A DNA stretch of 11,190 nucleotides from a candidate division FCPU426 bacterium. Lineage in GTDB: Bacteria; Oederibacteriota; JAAXVQ01; JAUVAV01. The DNA is taken from NCBI GenBank assembly GCA_030637655.1, contig DAOWGI010000006.1, forward strand, positions 1-11,190, read 5' to 3'. Below are positions 1 through 8,778 of the stretch, piece by piece (position 1 is the stretch's first letter; each line of letters starts with the position of its first letter). The notes under the pieces are model-generated. The model was not told the origin of the DNA. It did not search any database and saw nothing but the letters and a program-made list of their open reading frames with translations. The position numbers and the translations under genes are program-made.

Positions 1-1
1 G

Positions 2-64
2 GCAAAGCGCGAGCCGCAACTGTTTACGCACTGGCAGATGGGGATTATACCGACGGCTGGATGA
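2..64 (+). CDS. C-terminal end of inner intron-encoded reverse transcriptase/maturase (partial, 5' truncated)
   Basis: Frame from base 2 reads AKREPQLFTHWQMGIIPTAG*. The P-x-LF-x-HW ending is typical of endonuclease-less intron-encoded proteins, and the stop lies 3 nt before D5. Confidence 0.82.
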   Translation, partial: AKREPQLFTHWQMGIIPTAG

Positions 65-67
65 TGG

Positions 68-141
68 GAGCCGGATGAGCCGAGAGGTTCACGTCCGGTT
101 CTGAGAGAGCGCAGAGGTGAAATTCCTTTGCGCTACTCACC
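68..141 (+). ncRNA. Group II intron ribozyme domains V and VI (inner intron)
   Basis: D5 hairpin 68-101 with catalytic AGC 69-71 and AC bulge 91-92; D6 105-138 with unpaired branch A135. Confidence 0.93.
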
Positions 142-722
<581 letters not shown>

Positions 723-776
723 CAGCGACTTTATCAGTATAATTAGTCCTGGACCCCGGCTTTCGCCGGGGTGACG
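723..776. repeat. Right-hand part of a REP-like (CGTC/GTCA-tagged) palindromic repeat
   Basis: CTGGACCCCGGCTTTCGCCGGGGTGACG at 749-776 contains a perfect 8-bp hairpin ACCCCGGC-TTTC-GCCGGGGT. CAGCGACT (723-730) is nearly complementary to AGTCCTG (745-751). Architecture matches the element at 7317-7430. Confidence 0.7.
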
Positions 777-853
777 AAATGAGTCTGCATTTGTATGAAT
801 TTGTTTTTCCTCAACAAGAACTGATTAGTGATAAATTATCAGGAGGAATCTTC

Positions 854-3637
854 ATGAAAAAATATTATTTACGTATATCTGTTTTTGTCATGCTTTTTAT
901 CCTGCTTTATGCATTATCCCAGGCCGGATGGGTGCAAATTGGCGGCAGCCTGAATATTGATTCAAATGAAACAGCAGTGTCTTCCTCAATTGACTCCTAC
1001 AATGCCACTCCCTATGTTGCCTGGCTGGAAGATAATGGTGGTCAAGAGGATATTTATGTGAAGTATTTTAACTCGACAAGTGGGGTGTGGGTTCCAGTCG
1101 GATCGAGTGTGGATACATCACTGTATGCAGTAGAGCCGGAAATTGCAATGTATAATGCAACTCCGTTTGTTGTGTTTCGAGAATCCGGCTTGGGGTATGT
1201 CAAATATTTTAATGGAAATACTTGGACACAACTAGGTAGTGAGTTCAATGTGGATTCTAATGAAACCGTTGTAAGGCCGCGGATGGTTTTATTGGGCAAT
1301 ACACCCTATGTAACTTGGCGCGAACAAGATCCTAATCACAATCAAATCCGAGTTAAGCATTATTCCGGCTCTTGGGTGTCTGATGGAGGGAGTTTAAATA
1401 GTGATGTGAATAGAGAAGGCGCTGGGACCTCCATTACACTTTACAATGGAACTCCATATGTTGCCATGATTGAGCGGTATCCGACAAATGTTCGTACTGT
1501 TAATGTTAAACGTTTAGAAGGGAGTAGCTGGGTGCAACTGGGTACAGGTTTAAATGTTGATCCAACTAAATCTGCTTTAATAACGAAACTAAATATCGAT
1601 TTTGCGAATAATACACCGTATGTGTGTTGGTATGAATCAGGAATCAGTGTCATGCAGATTTATGTAAAGCATTACAATGGCAGCACCTGGATACAGGATG
1701 GCGGGAGTCTTAATGTGGATACCAATCAAGGAGCTTCATATCCGCATATGGCTATTTCCGGAACAATACCATATGTTACCTGGGCAGAAGCCGGTCAAAT
1801 TTATGTCAAATATTACAATGGCAGTGATTGGAATCAATTGGGAAGCAGTTTGAATATTGATGTCAATCAGACAGCAAATAAACCGGGTATTGCCATGCTG
1901 AATGGCACTCCCTATGTTTGTTGGGAAGAAGACGGGAATATTTATGTCAAATACTATGATCCTTCCTTTGCTATTCAAACCTATGCCATCACACCTAACT
2001 ATGCCTGGTTGGATCAGATTGTATCTGTGACCATCCTGGCAGATCCGCTGGATACACCTATTTCAATCAAGCTCAGCCGGGCCGGCTTTTCAGATATTAT
2101 TGCCAATAATGTGAATGTGATTAGTTCAAGCAAAGTAACCTGTGATTTTAATCTATCCGGCTGTGCTCCGGGCGTTTATGACCTCCAGATTGGAACGACC
2201 AATGGGACAGGGCTTAAAGCTAAAGGGTTCACGGTGATGGAACAACTGTCTCCACCGATTGCCTGGGTAGTAACCGATATGGGTCAAGCAGGCGTTCCTG
2301 CTCCTGGTAATGATCCGTGGCGGGGAATAACTGTACTTGACACTGATCAGGATGGTTTACAGGAAGTCTATGCTGCCGGATTTATTAACCGGATAGGGAA
2401 GTATATGAAAACCGGATCAGCCTGGAATGTCTCAAGTCTTCCGGACGGAGCTTTGTCGGAGTATTATACGGATGTTGTAGCTGATGACAATGATTTGGAT
2501 GAGAAAGTAGAACTTTACGCTGCGACTTGGGATAATCACGTGTATCAGTATCACGCACCAGGATGGAGCAAGGATAATATGAGTAGTCTGGGTGATCTGC
2601 CGGACAAAGTTTACAGTCTGGCTTTGGGTGATGGGGACAATGATGATTATAAAGAGGTCTATGCAGCGTGTGGCGACGGGCATGTATATCAATTTAAAAA
2701 AGCAGGGAATTGGGCAAGGGTCGATGTGGGCAGCAGTACTGGAGCCATGTACGATGTTGCGGTCGGTGACGGCAACAATGATGGACAGCATGAAGTGTAT
2801 GCTGCCAATCAGGATAACAAGGTGTATCAATTTAAATATAATGGCAGCAGCTTTGTTAAGACTGAAGTGGGAGCCAGTGACGCGGATATAAGAGCAATTG
2901 CCGTAGGCGAGGGTGATCGGGATGGTAATAAAGAAGTGTATGCGGTGAATGCAGATGGCAAACTCTATCAATATTCTTGGTCAGGAATATTTTGGGATGT
3001 GGAGCTGGTAAATACCATACAGGCTTATGCTGTGGTAGTCGGTGATGCTGACAATAACGGATTGCAAGAACTCTACTGCGCCAGTGGTAATGGTCATGTA
3101 TACCAAATAATAAAAAGCGGCGGGGTGTGGCAGTCGCAGGATTTGGGTCAAGCTGCGAGTCCCTTATACAATCTTGAACTTGGAAACGGTGAAGCGAAGA
3201 ATAAATTTGCCGTGTATGTTATTGGTGAAGACAGTCATGTCTATCAATTCAAACCTATTAGCTTTGAACCTACGCCAACCACGACTACTACACCCACAAT
3301 AACACCGACACCTACTCCAAGACCCACAGCTTTAGCCGGGTTTGACGGGCGCATTATATCCAAAAAGCATATCTACGCTGCGCCCAATCCCATAAGAGGC
3401 CATATAGCCAATATCGTGATTTTTACTCAGCAAGCGGCGGAAGTCAGCGTGAAGCTGTTCACCACGAGCAATCAGGAAGTATTGTCATTCAGAAGGCATT
3501 ATGGAAGTGCCGGAAAGCATACGGAAAAGGTTAATATGAGCAATCTGGCCAATGGAGTATATTTGCTTTTGGTAAAAGCCGGAAACGCGGACGGCGTGGA
3601 AGAACGGGTGATTAAAAAAATCGCCTTGGTTAAATAG
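854..3637 (+). CDS. Large secreted protein (927 aa): 7-repeat beta-propeller, IPT/TIG-like Ig domain, 7-repeat FG-GAP/VCBS-like propeller, Pro/Thr linker, T9SS type A-like C-terminal domain
   Basis: AGGAGG at 841-846 precedes ATG 854; signal peptide MKKYYLR...LSQA. Seven W-x-Q-x-G-x-SLN...TPYV-x-W-x-E...IYVK repeats and seven GDGDNDG-x-x-EVYA-type repeats. Linker PTPTTTTTPTITPTPTP. C-terminus YAAPNP...LANGVYLLLVKA...KKIALVK. Confidence 0.9.
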   Translation: MKKYYLRISVFVMLFILLYALSQAGWVQIGGSLNIDSNETAVSSSIDSYNATPYVAWLEDNGGQEDIYVKYFNSTSGVWVPVGSSVDTSLYAVEPEIAMYNATPFVVFRESGLGYVKYFNGNTWTQLGSEFNVDSNETVVRPRMVLLGNTPYVTWREQDPNHNQIRVKHYSGSWVSDGGSLNSDVNREGAGTSITLYNGTPYVAMIERYPTNVRTVNVKRLEGSSWVQLGTGLNVDPTKSALITKLNIDFANNTPYVCWYESGISVMQIYVKHYNGSTWIQDGGSLNVDTNQGASYPHMAISGTIPYVTWAEAGQIYVKYYNGSDWNQLGSSLNIDVNQTANKPGIAMLNGTPYVCWEEDGNIYVKYYDPSFAIQTYAITPNYAWLDQIVSVTILADPLDTPISIKLSRAGFSDIIANNVNVISSSKVTCDFNLSGCAPGVYDLQIGTTNGTGLKAKGFTVMEQLSPPIAWVVTDMGQAGVPAPGNDPWRGITVLDTDQDGLQEVYAAGFINRIGKYMKTGSAWNVSSLPDGALSEYYTDVVADDNDLDEKVELYAATWDNHVYQYHAPGWSKDNMSSLGDLPDKVYSLALGDGDNDDYKEVYAACGDGHVYQFKKAGNWARVDVGSSTGAMYDVAVGDGNNDGQHEVYAANQDNKVYQFKYNGSSFVKTEVGASDADIRAIAVGEGDRDGNKEVYAVNADGKLYQYSWSGIFWDVELVNTIQAYAVVVGDADNNGLQELYCASGNGHVYQIIKSGGVWQSQDLGQAASPLYNLELGNGEAKNKFAVYVIGEDSHVYQFKPISFEPTPTTTTTPTITPTPTPRPTALAGFDGRIISKKHIYAAPNPIRGHIANIVIFTQQAAEVSVKLFTTSNQEVLSFRRHYGSAGKHTEKVNMSNLANGVYLLLVKAGNADGVEERVIKKIALVK

Positions 3638-3777
3638 CGGCTATTGCTCCAAATTTAAAGGAGTTAAGCTGGCATATTTGTTGTTTTGGTGATATAGTTA
3701 TAATTACATTTACAGATGGATGAAAAGTCGAAAAAAAGGGAGAAGTAAGATAAAGAAGGATTAAACAAAATTAATGC

Positions 3778-3803
3778 AGGGGGGGTATCCCTCCTTTTTT
3801 TTT
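3778..3803 (+). terminator. Putative intrinsic terminator
   Basis: AGGGGGG-GTAT-CCCTCCT stem-loop (one G-U pair) running into a 9-T tract at 3795-3803, about 140 nt after the stop at 3637. Confidence 0.6.
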
Positions 3804-4058
3804 GGGATAAAGAAATTCGAGGTTTTTTTGCAGTAATATTCGATGTTGGCCGCGAGTTATTTTGAAAGTTTTACGAAAGCCATAAGCACTGGCAGCATTG
3901 GATTTTTCGAGCTTGATTGGAAGCAAATCTTGTGTCATTATAGTACCATAGCATGGTTAAGTTTCCCCGGGGTGTAGGGTGACTGATTTTACCATAACCA
4001 TTGAGTTTTTTTTATTTTTAGGTGGAATGCTATTTAGGTTACAGGGAAGGATATAATT

Positions 4059-5348
4059 GTGGAAAACAAAATATCTTTTTCAGGCAAGTTGGCGGTTTTT
4101 ATTATTTTGCTGGTAACCATAATAGTCGGTGTGCTTTCATTTCTTTTCTTCAAATATCTAATTTATTCCGTTAAAGACTCTTTCTTTGGAGTTTCTTCCG
4201 GAGTTGCCTACTATATTCTAAAAAGTCATGATATTTCCGGAGCTATTGCCAATAATACAATTAAGCGGATCGAGAAAAAAATATCGGCTGATCTTGAATT
4301 GCAGGAAGAAATTTTATATGTAGCGTTGATTAGTAGTGAGGGCGAAGTCATTATGGATACCACCGGCGGAGATGTGGAAAAAATCTACCGGGAAGACAAA
4401 AAACATGAATGGATTGTTAAAGGTGATAAAAGTCACTCGTTTTTTTTAAGGAAGGTAGAGCTTCGGAATAAAGTTTTTGATATTGCCAATATTAGTTTAC
4501 CCATTTACTACAAAGGGAAGGTGTGGGGCGTGGGGGTAGTGGGGATTGCCGCTACCTATTTTTTCAAGGAAGCCTTGCCGCGCGCCACGGTTTTTATCTT
4601 GATTTTATTCGTGGTTTTCCTTTCCAGCGCGGTAATCAGCCTGATTATTCTGGTGCATTATTTATTCAGGCCGGTCAGAAAACTTATTGAAGGCGCGGAA
4701 GGGATTTTTGAGCAAAATTTCGATACCGAGATTCCTGTTTACGGCAATGATGAAATCGGGCAATTAGCCATGACGTTTAATCGTCTGATCAGTTATTTAA
4801 AGGATTTTATTTCCCGCTTGCAAGAACAGTGCATGCTGGACCCTTTGACCAATTGTTACCGGGAAAGTTTTTTTCACCGTCAATTGAATATTGAGTTGGA
4901 GCGTTCGCAACGCTTTCAGGACCCCATATGCATAGGATGGTTTGAAATATATGACTTTTCCAGTCTGGTGGATAAGTACGGACAAATTATCGAGGAAAAA
5001 ACCATCAAAACATTTTCCGATATCCTTAAAAAGGCAACCCGCCATATTGATGTTTTGGCGCATATTAAAAATCATCGTTTTGGTCTGATTTTGCCCAAAA
5101 CCAATTACGATGGTGCTATGGTAGTTGTTGGGCGCCTGCGGGATTTGGCTGCCGGGATTTCTTTGACTGATGAGTTGGGAAAGCCCTTGGGACCATTGCA
5201 GTTTAGTTATGGTATGTCATGTTATGCTGCTGAAAAAAACGCTGCTAAACCCGAGCCTGAGACGGTTTTGAAACAGGCCGATGAAGCATTGCGCCAATCA
5301 CAAAGCAGCGGTCCCAATCAAGGTATGATTATGGATTTGAATTTTTGA
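4059..5348 (+). CDS. Membrane sensor protein: 2 TM helices, periplasmic domain, HAMP and degenerate GGDEF domain
   Basis: Purine-rich RBS AGGGAAGGA before GTG 4059. Two hydrophobic segments; HAMP (RPVRKL...NDEIGQLAMTFNRL). DPLT begins the GGDEF fold. The signature position reads KNHRF instead of GG(D/E)EF, while the I-site RHID is retained. Confidence 0.88.
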   Translation: MENKISFSGKLAVFIILLVTIIVGVLSFLFFKYLIYSVKDSFFGVSSGVAYYILKSHDISGAIANNTIKRIEKKISADLELQEEILYVALISSEGEVIMDTTGGDVEKIYREDKKHEWIVKGDKSHSFFLRKVELRNKVFDIANISLPIYYKGKVWGVGVVGIAATYFFKEALPRATVFILILFVVFLSSAVISLIILVHYLFRPVRKLIEGAEGIFEQNFDTEIPVYGNDEIGQLAMTFNRLISYLKDFISRLQEQCMLDPLTNCYRESFFHRQLNIELERSQRFQDPICIGWFEIYDFSSLVDKYGQIIEEKTIKTFSDILKKATRHIDVLAHIKNHRFGLILPKTNYDGAMVVVGRLRDLAAGISLTDELGKPLGPLQFSYGMSCYAAEKNAAKPEPETVLKQADEALRQSQSSGPNQGMIMDLNF

Positions 5349-5375
5349 TTACAGGAATATAAATGGAGGATGTTT

Positions 5376-7277
5376 ATGAAAAATATATTTTTTATTTTTG
5401 CAGCCGTTTTTTTTCTTTTAGCAATTGGCGGGAACGCCCAGGCGGATTGGCTTGGATTAATGGATAGTGGCACACCAATTGACCTGCCAAATGCCGATGC
5501 GGAGGCAATGGATATTGCTTTTGATCAAAATAATAACGGTATATGTGTTACCACCCAGCAGACCACCGCGTTTTATAATTTGCTAGTTAACCGCCAATCT
5601 TATGGTAGTGATACCTGGTCAAACAATGACACTCCGGTTGATATAATAACCGGGGTTATAGGAAGCACCAAATATCCGGATTTGGATATTCGCGCTTCAG
5701 GTATCGGAATGTGTGTCTACTCCAAGAGGAACAATACGACTGGTTACGAAAGAATATTTGGTGGTTTTTATAATAGCAATTTTACAATTGTAAATAATTC
5801 AATCCCCTTAGATCCTATAATTTTTTCTGAGTATGATGCAACTCAGCCCACAGTAGCAGTGGTGAATGATAATTTAATTATTCTTAACTATCTCAAATCA
5901 GATGCTGGTGGTGTTCGTGTTGTTGCCACCAAATGGGAGAACAATACTGCGACGTATTGGACCGCTTCAGGCTGGAACACCACAGGTTCTGCATTGGCAG
6001 TGGATGGCAAGGAAGGGGCGAATAGTTCGCGTCCCCATTTGGCAACCAGTGATCTGGGAGAGGTTTTTGGCGTGTTTGTAAAACAAGGAGCGCTCAATAA
6101 AATTTGTTCTTCAAAATACAGCAATGGCCAGTGGTATATCTGGAGTGTTGGAGGCTGGAATATTATGGGATCAACCATAAATTCCGAAGCTATAAGTTCC
6201 AATAACAGTAGTCATAATACCGCCAATCCCCGTTTGGCTCCGCTTTCCAACGGCCGAATGATATGCGTCTATGAATTAATTGAGAAAGCAACCGGGAACT
6301 CACGTATAAACTACTCGATTTACAATGGTCAACAATGGCTGCCCGGAGTAAACACCCAGCATGTCGATGTTGCCGGTAATACGGTGTTGGCTGCTTCTCC
6401 GGATATCGCGGTCAGTCCCCAAGGCAAAGTTATATGCGTCTATGCCAAGGGCAATACTGCCAATTCAACCCAACATGTTTACGCGGTGGAGTGGGACGGC
6501 GCCAACTGGCTGCCCATGAACAATAATCAATGGATTGATGCCCAGGGAAACTCGATTACCGTAATTACTCCCAAGATTGAATTTGATCAATTGGGTAATG
6601 CGATCTGTGTATTTCAGCAATATCTCGAATCAGAGGATAAAACGAGAACCTACGCGAATTATTTCCAGGGTCCGCCGTTTGTTTCCTCAATAACTCCGGA
6701 TAATGGCAGGAATAATGATTGGGTAACAATTACTGTAGCAGGATATAATTTTGCCGGCGGGAGCACAACAGCCCAGCGAATTTCCGCCCGGCTGACCAGA
6801 GCCGGCCAGCCGGCCATTTTTGGTGAGAACATTCAAGTGGCATCTCCAACCTTGAACTTTTTTACTGCCAGTCAATTTACCGTGGAATTCAATCTGGACG
6901 GCGCCCAGGTCGGGGATTGGGATTTGGAAGTTCGAAATCCTGACGGGCAGAATTTCACTCTCCCAAGTTTATTCGGCATTACCTGGCCGGATTTGAGTCA
7001 GGCAAATGTATATCCTAATCCCATCCGGCCGGGTAGCGGCGGGAGTCAAGCTGCTCGGAATTTGCGGTTTTTTGATTTGACCAGCGCAGTGACTATACGT
7101 ATTTTTACTTTAAAAGGGGAGTTAATACAAACCCTGACCAAAGATGACCGTCAGCTTTATTTGGATTGGGATTTGAGGAATCAAACCGGCCGTACAGTAG
7201 CGCCCGGAGTTTATTTGTACCGGATCGAATCTTCGGAAGGCAGTATAATAAAAGGTAAGTTTATGGTTATCCGTTAG
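5376..7277 (+). CDS. Secreted beta-propeller-like protein with IPT/TIG-like domain and FlgD-Ig/T9SS type A-like C-terminal domain
   Basis: GGAGG 5365-5369 is properly spaced for ATG 5376, not 5370. Signal peptide ends AQA. Repeats of P-x-I/L...G-x-x-ICVY...W; PPFVSSITP...VTITVAGYNF Ig module; C-terminus NVYPNP...IRIFTLKGELI...WDLRNQTGRTVAPGVYLYRI...GKFMVIR. Confidence 0.88.
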   Translation: MKNIFFIFAAVFFLLAIGGNAQADWLGLMDSGTPIDLPNADAEAMDIAFDQNNNGICVTTQQTTAFYNLLVNRQSYGSDTWSNNDTPVDIITGVIGSTKYPDLDIRASGIGMCVYSKRNNTTGYERIFGGFYNSNFTIVNNSIPLDPIIFSEYDATQPTVAVVNDNLIILNYLKSDAGGVRVVATKWENNTATYWTASGWNTTGSALAVDGKEGANSSRPHLATSDLGEVFGVFVKQGALNKICSSKYSNGQWYIWSVGGWNIMGSTINSEAISSNNSSHNTANPRLAPLSNGRMICVYELIEKATGNSRINYSIYNGQQWLPGVNTQHVDVAGNTVLAASPDIAVSPQGKVICVYAKGNTANSTQHVYAVEWDGANWLPMNNNQWIDAQGNSITVITPKIEFDQLGNAICVFQQYLESEDKTRTYANYFQGPPFVSSITPDNGRNNDWVTITVAGYNFAGGSTTAQRISARLTRAGQPAIFGENIQVASPTLNFFTASQFTVEFNLDGAQVGDWDLEVRNPDGQNFTLPSLFGITWPDLSQANVYPNPIRPGSGGSQAARNLRFFDLTSAVTIRIFTLKGELIQTLTKDDRQLYLDWDLRNQTGRTVAPGVYLYRIESSEGSIIKGKFMVIR

Positions 7278-7316
7278 TTGGTTTTTATTGCGGAAAGGTT
7301 GTTTTCTGAAAGGGTT

Positions 7317-7430
7317 GTCATACCCGAACGGTTTTATCCCCGATAAAAACATTCGGGGACGTATCCAGTGACTTTTAAGCCTTTGAAAATCAGAGCCGCT
7401 GGATTCCCGCTAAAACCATGCGGGAATGAC
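7317..7430. repeat. REP-like (GTCA...TGAC) doublet palindromic element
   Basis: Left arm GTCATACCCG...GTATCCAGTGACTTT and right arm AGAGCCGCTGGATTCCCGC-TAAAACCAT-GCGGGAATGAC. The arms are inverted relatives and each carries its own hairpin. Confidence 0.75.
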
Positions 7431-7459
7431 CATAACTCCAGTAATAAGAAAGAATTTTT

Positions 7460-7525
7460 TTTGACAGAATTAACAGGATATACGGGATTTTAAATAAATC
7501 CTGTCAATCCTGTTATTCTGTCAAA
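7460..7525. repeat. Long imperfect palindrome built from 9-nt units
   Basis: TTTGACAGAATTAACAGGATATACGGGATTT (7460-7490) pairs with AAATCCTGTCAATCCTGTTATTCTGTCAAA (7496-7525). Units are GACAGAATT / AACAGGATA / TACGGGATT. Confidence 0.8.
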
Positions 7526-7565
7526 TATCTTTGGTTCCGGCTTGTCCGGGTTAGGGGGAGTAAAT

Positions 7566-8600
7566 ATGAAGCCTAAAATAAATACCCGGCGCATGGGTGG
7601 CAACGTGAAAGTTATATTGTTGGTAGGGTATGTTCTTTTTGCCCTGGCAGGAGAAGGCAGGGCAACCTTTTTTACCAGCGATGAAACCGGCACAACTGCT
7701 GCTGTTTTTTTGAAAGAACCTATCGGGGCCCGCAGTATCGGTATGGGACGGGCTTTCACTGCTGTGGCTGACGGACCGGAAGCAATCTGGTGGAATCCGG
7801 CGGGTATGCTTACGAATCCGCGCAGCGAACTCTTGCTGGAAAACAGCATCTGGATGAATGAGTTCCTCTTTAATACTTTAGCTGGAATGTTTCTCTTAGA
7901 TGAAGGAAATATTCTTGGTTTAATGATTAATCAGCTGATTTTTAATACTCCTATGCCGGGTTATGATAATTTAGGAAATCCGACAGAGAACGTAAAATTT
8001 ATGGAGATGGCATTCTCTGCCAGTTATGCTACCGATGTTTTCGAAATCCCTTTTGGCATTAACTTCAAGCTTATTTCTTCAACTCTGGCTGATGTTTCAG
8101 CGCTGTCTTTGGCAGGTGACGTTGGAGTTTTACAAGGATTTTTTAAAAACGATCTTAAGGTAGGATTAAGCATTAAAAATTTTGGCGCCAAATTGCAGTG
8201 GCTGGATGAAGGGTTTTCCCTTCCTTTTGCAGGGCATTTGGGAGTTGCCTATCAATTACTGGAAAAGGACTTGACCATGGCTTTGGATGTCCAGGCTCCT
8301 TTTGACCAACCTCCGCACTACCATTTGGGCGTTGAACTGGCACGCAGTCTGGGTTTGGTTATGAAATTCGCGATCAGAGTTGGTTATCACACTGATTGGA
8401 AGGGCTACACAGATACCTTAAATGGACTTAACGCGGGTTTTGGCTGGGAATGGCGGATTAACAATCGTGTTCTAGTCCGGACCGGGCGAATGGTTGGTTA
8501 CAAGCAGAAATTGTTTTTGCTGCTGGGGCTGGATTATGCCTGGACCCCCAATGATCAATTAGAGCCGAGTCATCGTTTAAGCTTGAAAATAGGGTTTTAA
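7566..8600 (+). CDS. PorV/PorQ (UPF0164)-like outer-membrane beta-barrel protein
   Basis: GGGGAG RBS before ATG 7566 (alternative ATG 7593). Signal peptide; hallmark AAVFLKEPIGARSIGMGRAFTAVADGPEAIWWNPAG; alternating beta-strand pattern; ends LDYAW...HRLSLKIGF with a terminal Phe. Confidence 0.85.
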   Translation: MKPKINTRRMGGNVKVILLVGYVLFALAGEGRATFFTSDETGTTAAVFLKEPIGARSIGMGRAFTAVADGPEAIWWNPAGMLTNPRSELLLENSIWMNEFLFNTLAGMFLLDEGNILGLMINQLIFNTPMPGYDNLGNPTENVKFMEMAFSASYATDVFEIPFGINFKLISSTLADVSALSLAGDVGVLQGFFKNDLKVGLSIKNFGAKLQWLDEGFSLPFAGHLGVAYQLLEKDLTMALDVQAPFDQPPHYHLGVELARSLGLVMKFAIRVGYHTDWKGYTDTLNGLNAGFGWEWRINNRVLVRTGRMVGYKQKLFLLLGLDYAWTPNDQLEPSHRLSLKIGF

Positions 8601-8778
8601 TTTGGAACCTGGCAATGAAATTAACAGTCTAATCATTGTATAGGTCTGGTCCGGAAAAAAAGCGTGTAAATGTATATGGGTATTTCCCAGAACGTTTATA
8701 TGAGTATTTTTATTCAACTTAGATCAAATTCCCGACACTTCAGTGCGGGATAATTTAATTAAGGAGAGAGATTGACCT

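Larger units (their letters stand above)
1..141 (+). mobile_element. 3' end of inner group II intron (IIB-like, C-terminus resembles bacterial class D), truncated by the window start
   Basis: RT/maturase-type C-terminus ends at TGA 62-64. Canonical 34-nt D5 at 68-101 (GAGCCGGATGAGCCGAGAGGTTCACGTCCGGTTC: AGC triad, GAGA tetraloop, AC bulge). D6 stem GAGAGCGCAGAGG/CCTTTGCGCT-A-CTC with bulged A135. The 3' splice junction is at 140-142; the exact base is uncertain. Confidence 0.92.

Noticed and set aside
117-140. GTG start and MKFLCATH N-terminus of the ORF-track 173-aa protein
   Set aside because: Lies within D6 of the inner intron; RT similarity only begins at about 141.
779-853. Upstream ATG 779 for the large secreted protein
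   Set aside because: ATG 854 has AGGAGG at proper spacing and begins a typical signal peptide.
1054-2971. Antisense and alternate-frame ORFs inside the 854-3637 gene
   Set aside because: Shadows of a strongly supported repeat protein, with no recognisable motifs. The same applies to those inside the other large genes.
3850-3900. c-di-GMP-I riboswitch upstream of the GGDEF gene (GAAA...ACGAAAGCCA...TGGCAGC)
   Set aside because: Only scattered resemblance; no GGCAAA start and no convincing P2 stem around the GAAA.
7460-7525. CRISPR array or integron attC site
   Set aside because: A single palindrome with no repeat-spacer series, no cas or integrase gene, and no RYYYAAC...GTTRRRY ends.
7542-7565. 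TTG start at 7542 for the first barrel
   Set aside because: Falls in the repeat-like motif; ATG 7566 follows GGGGAG.
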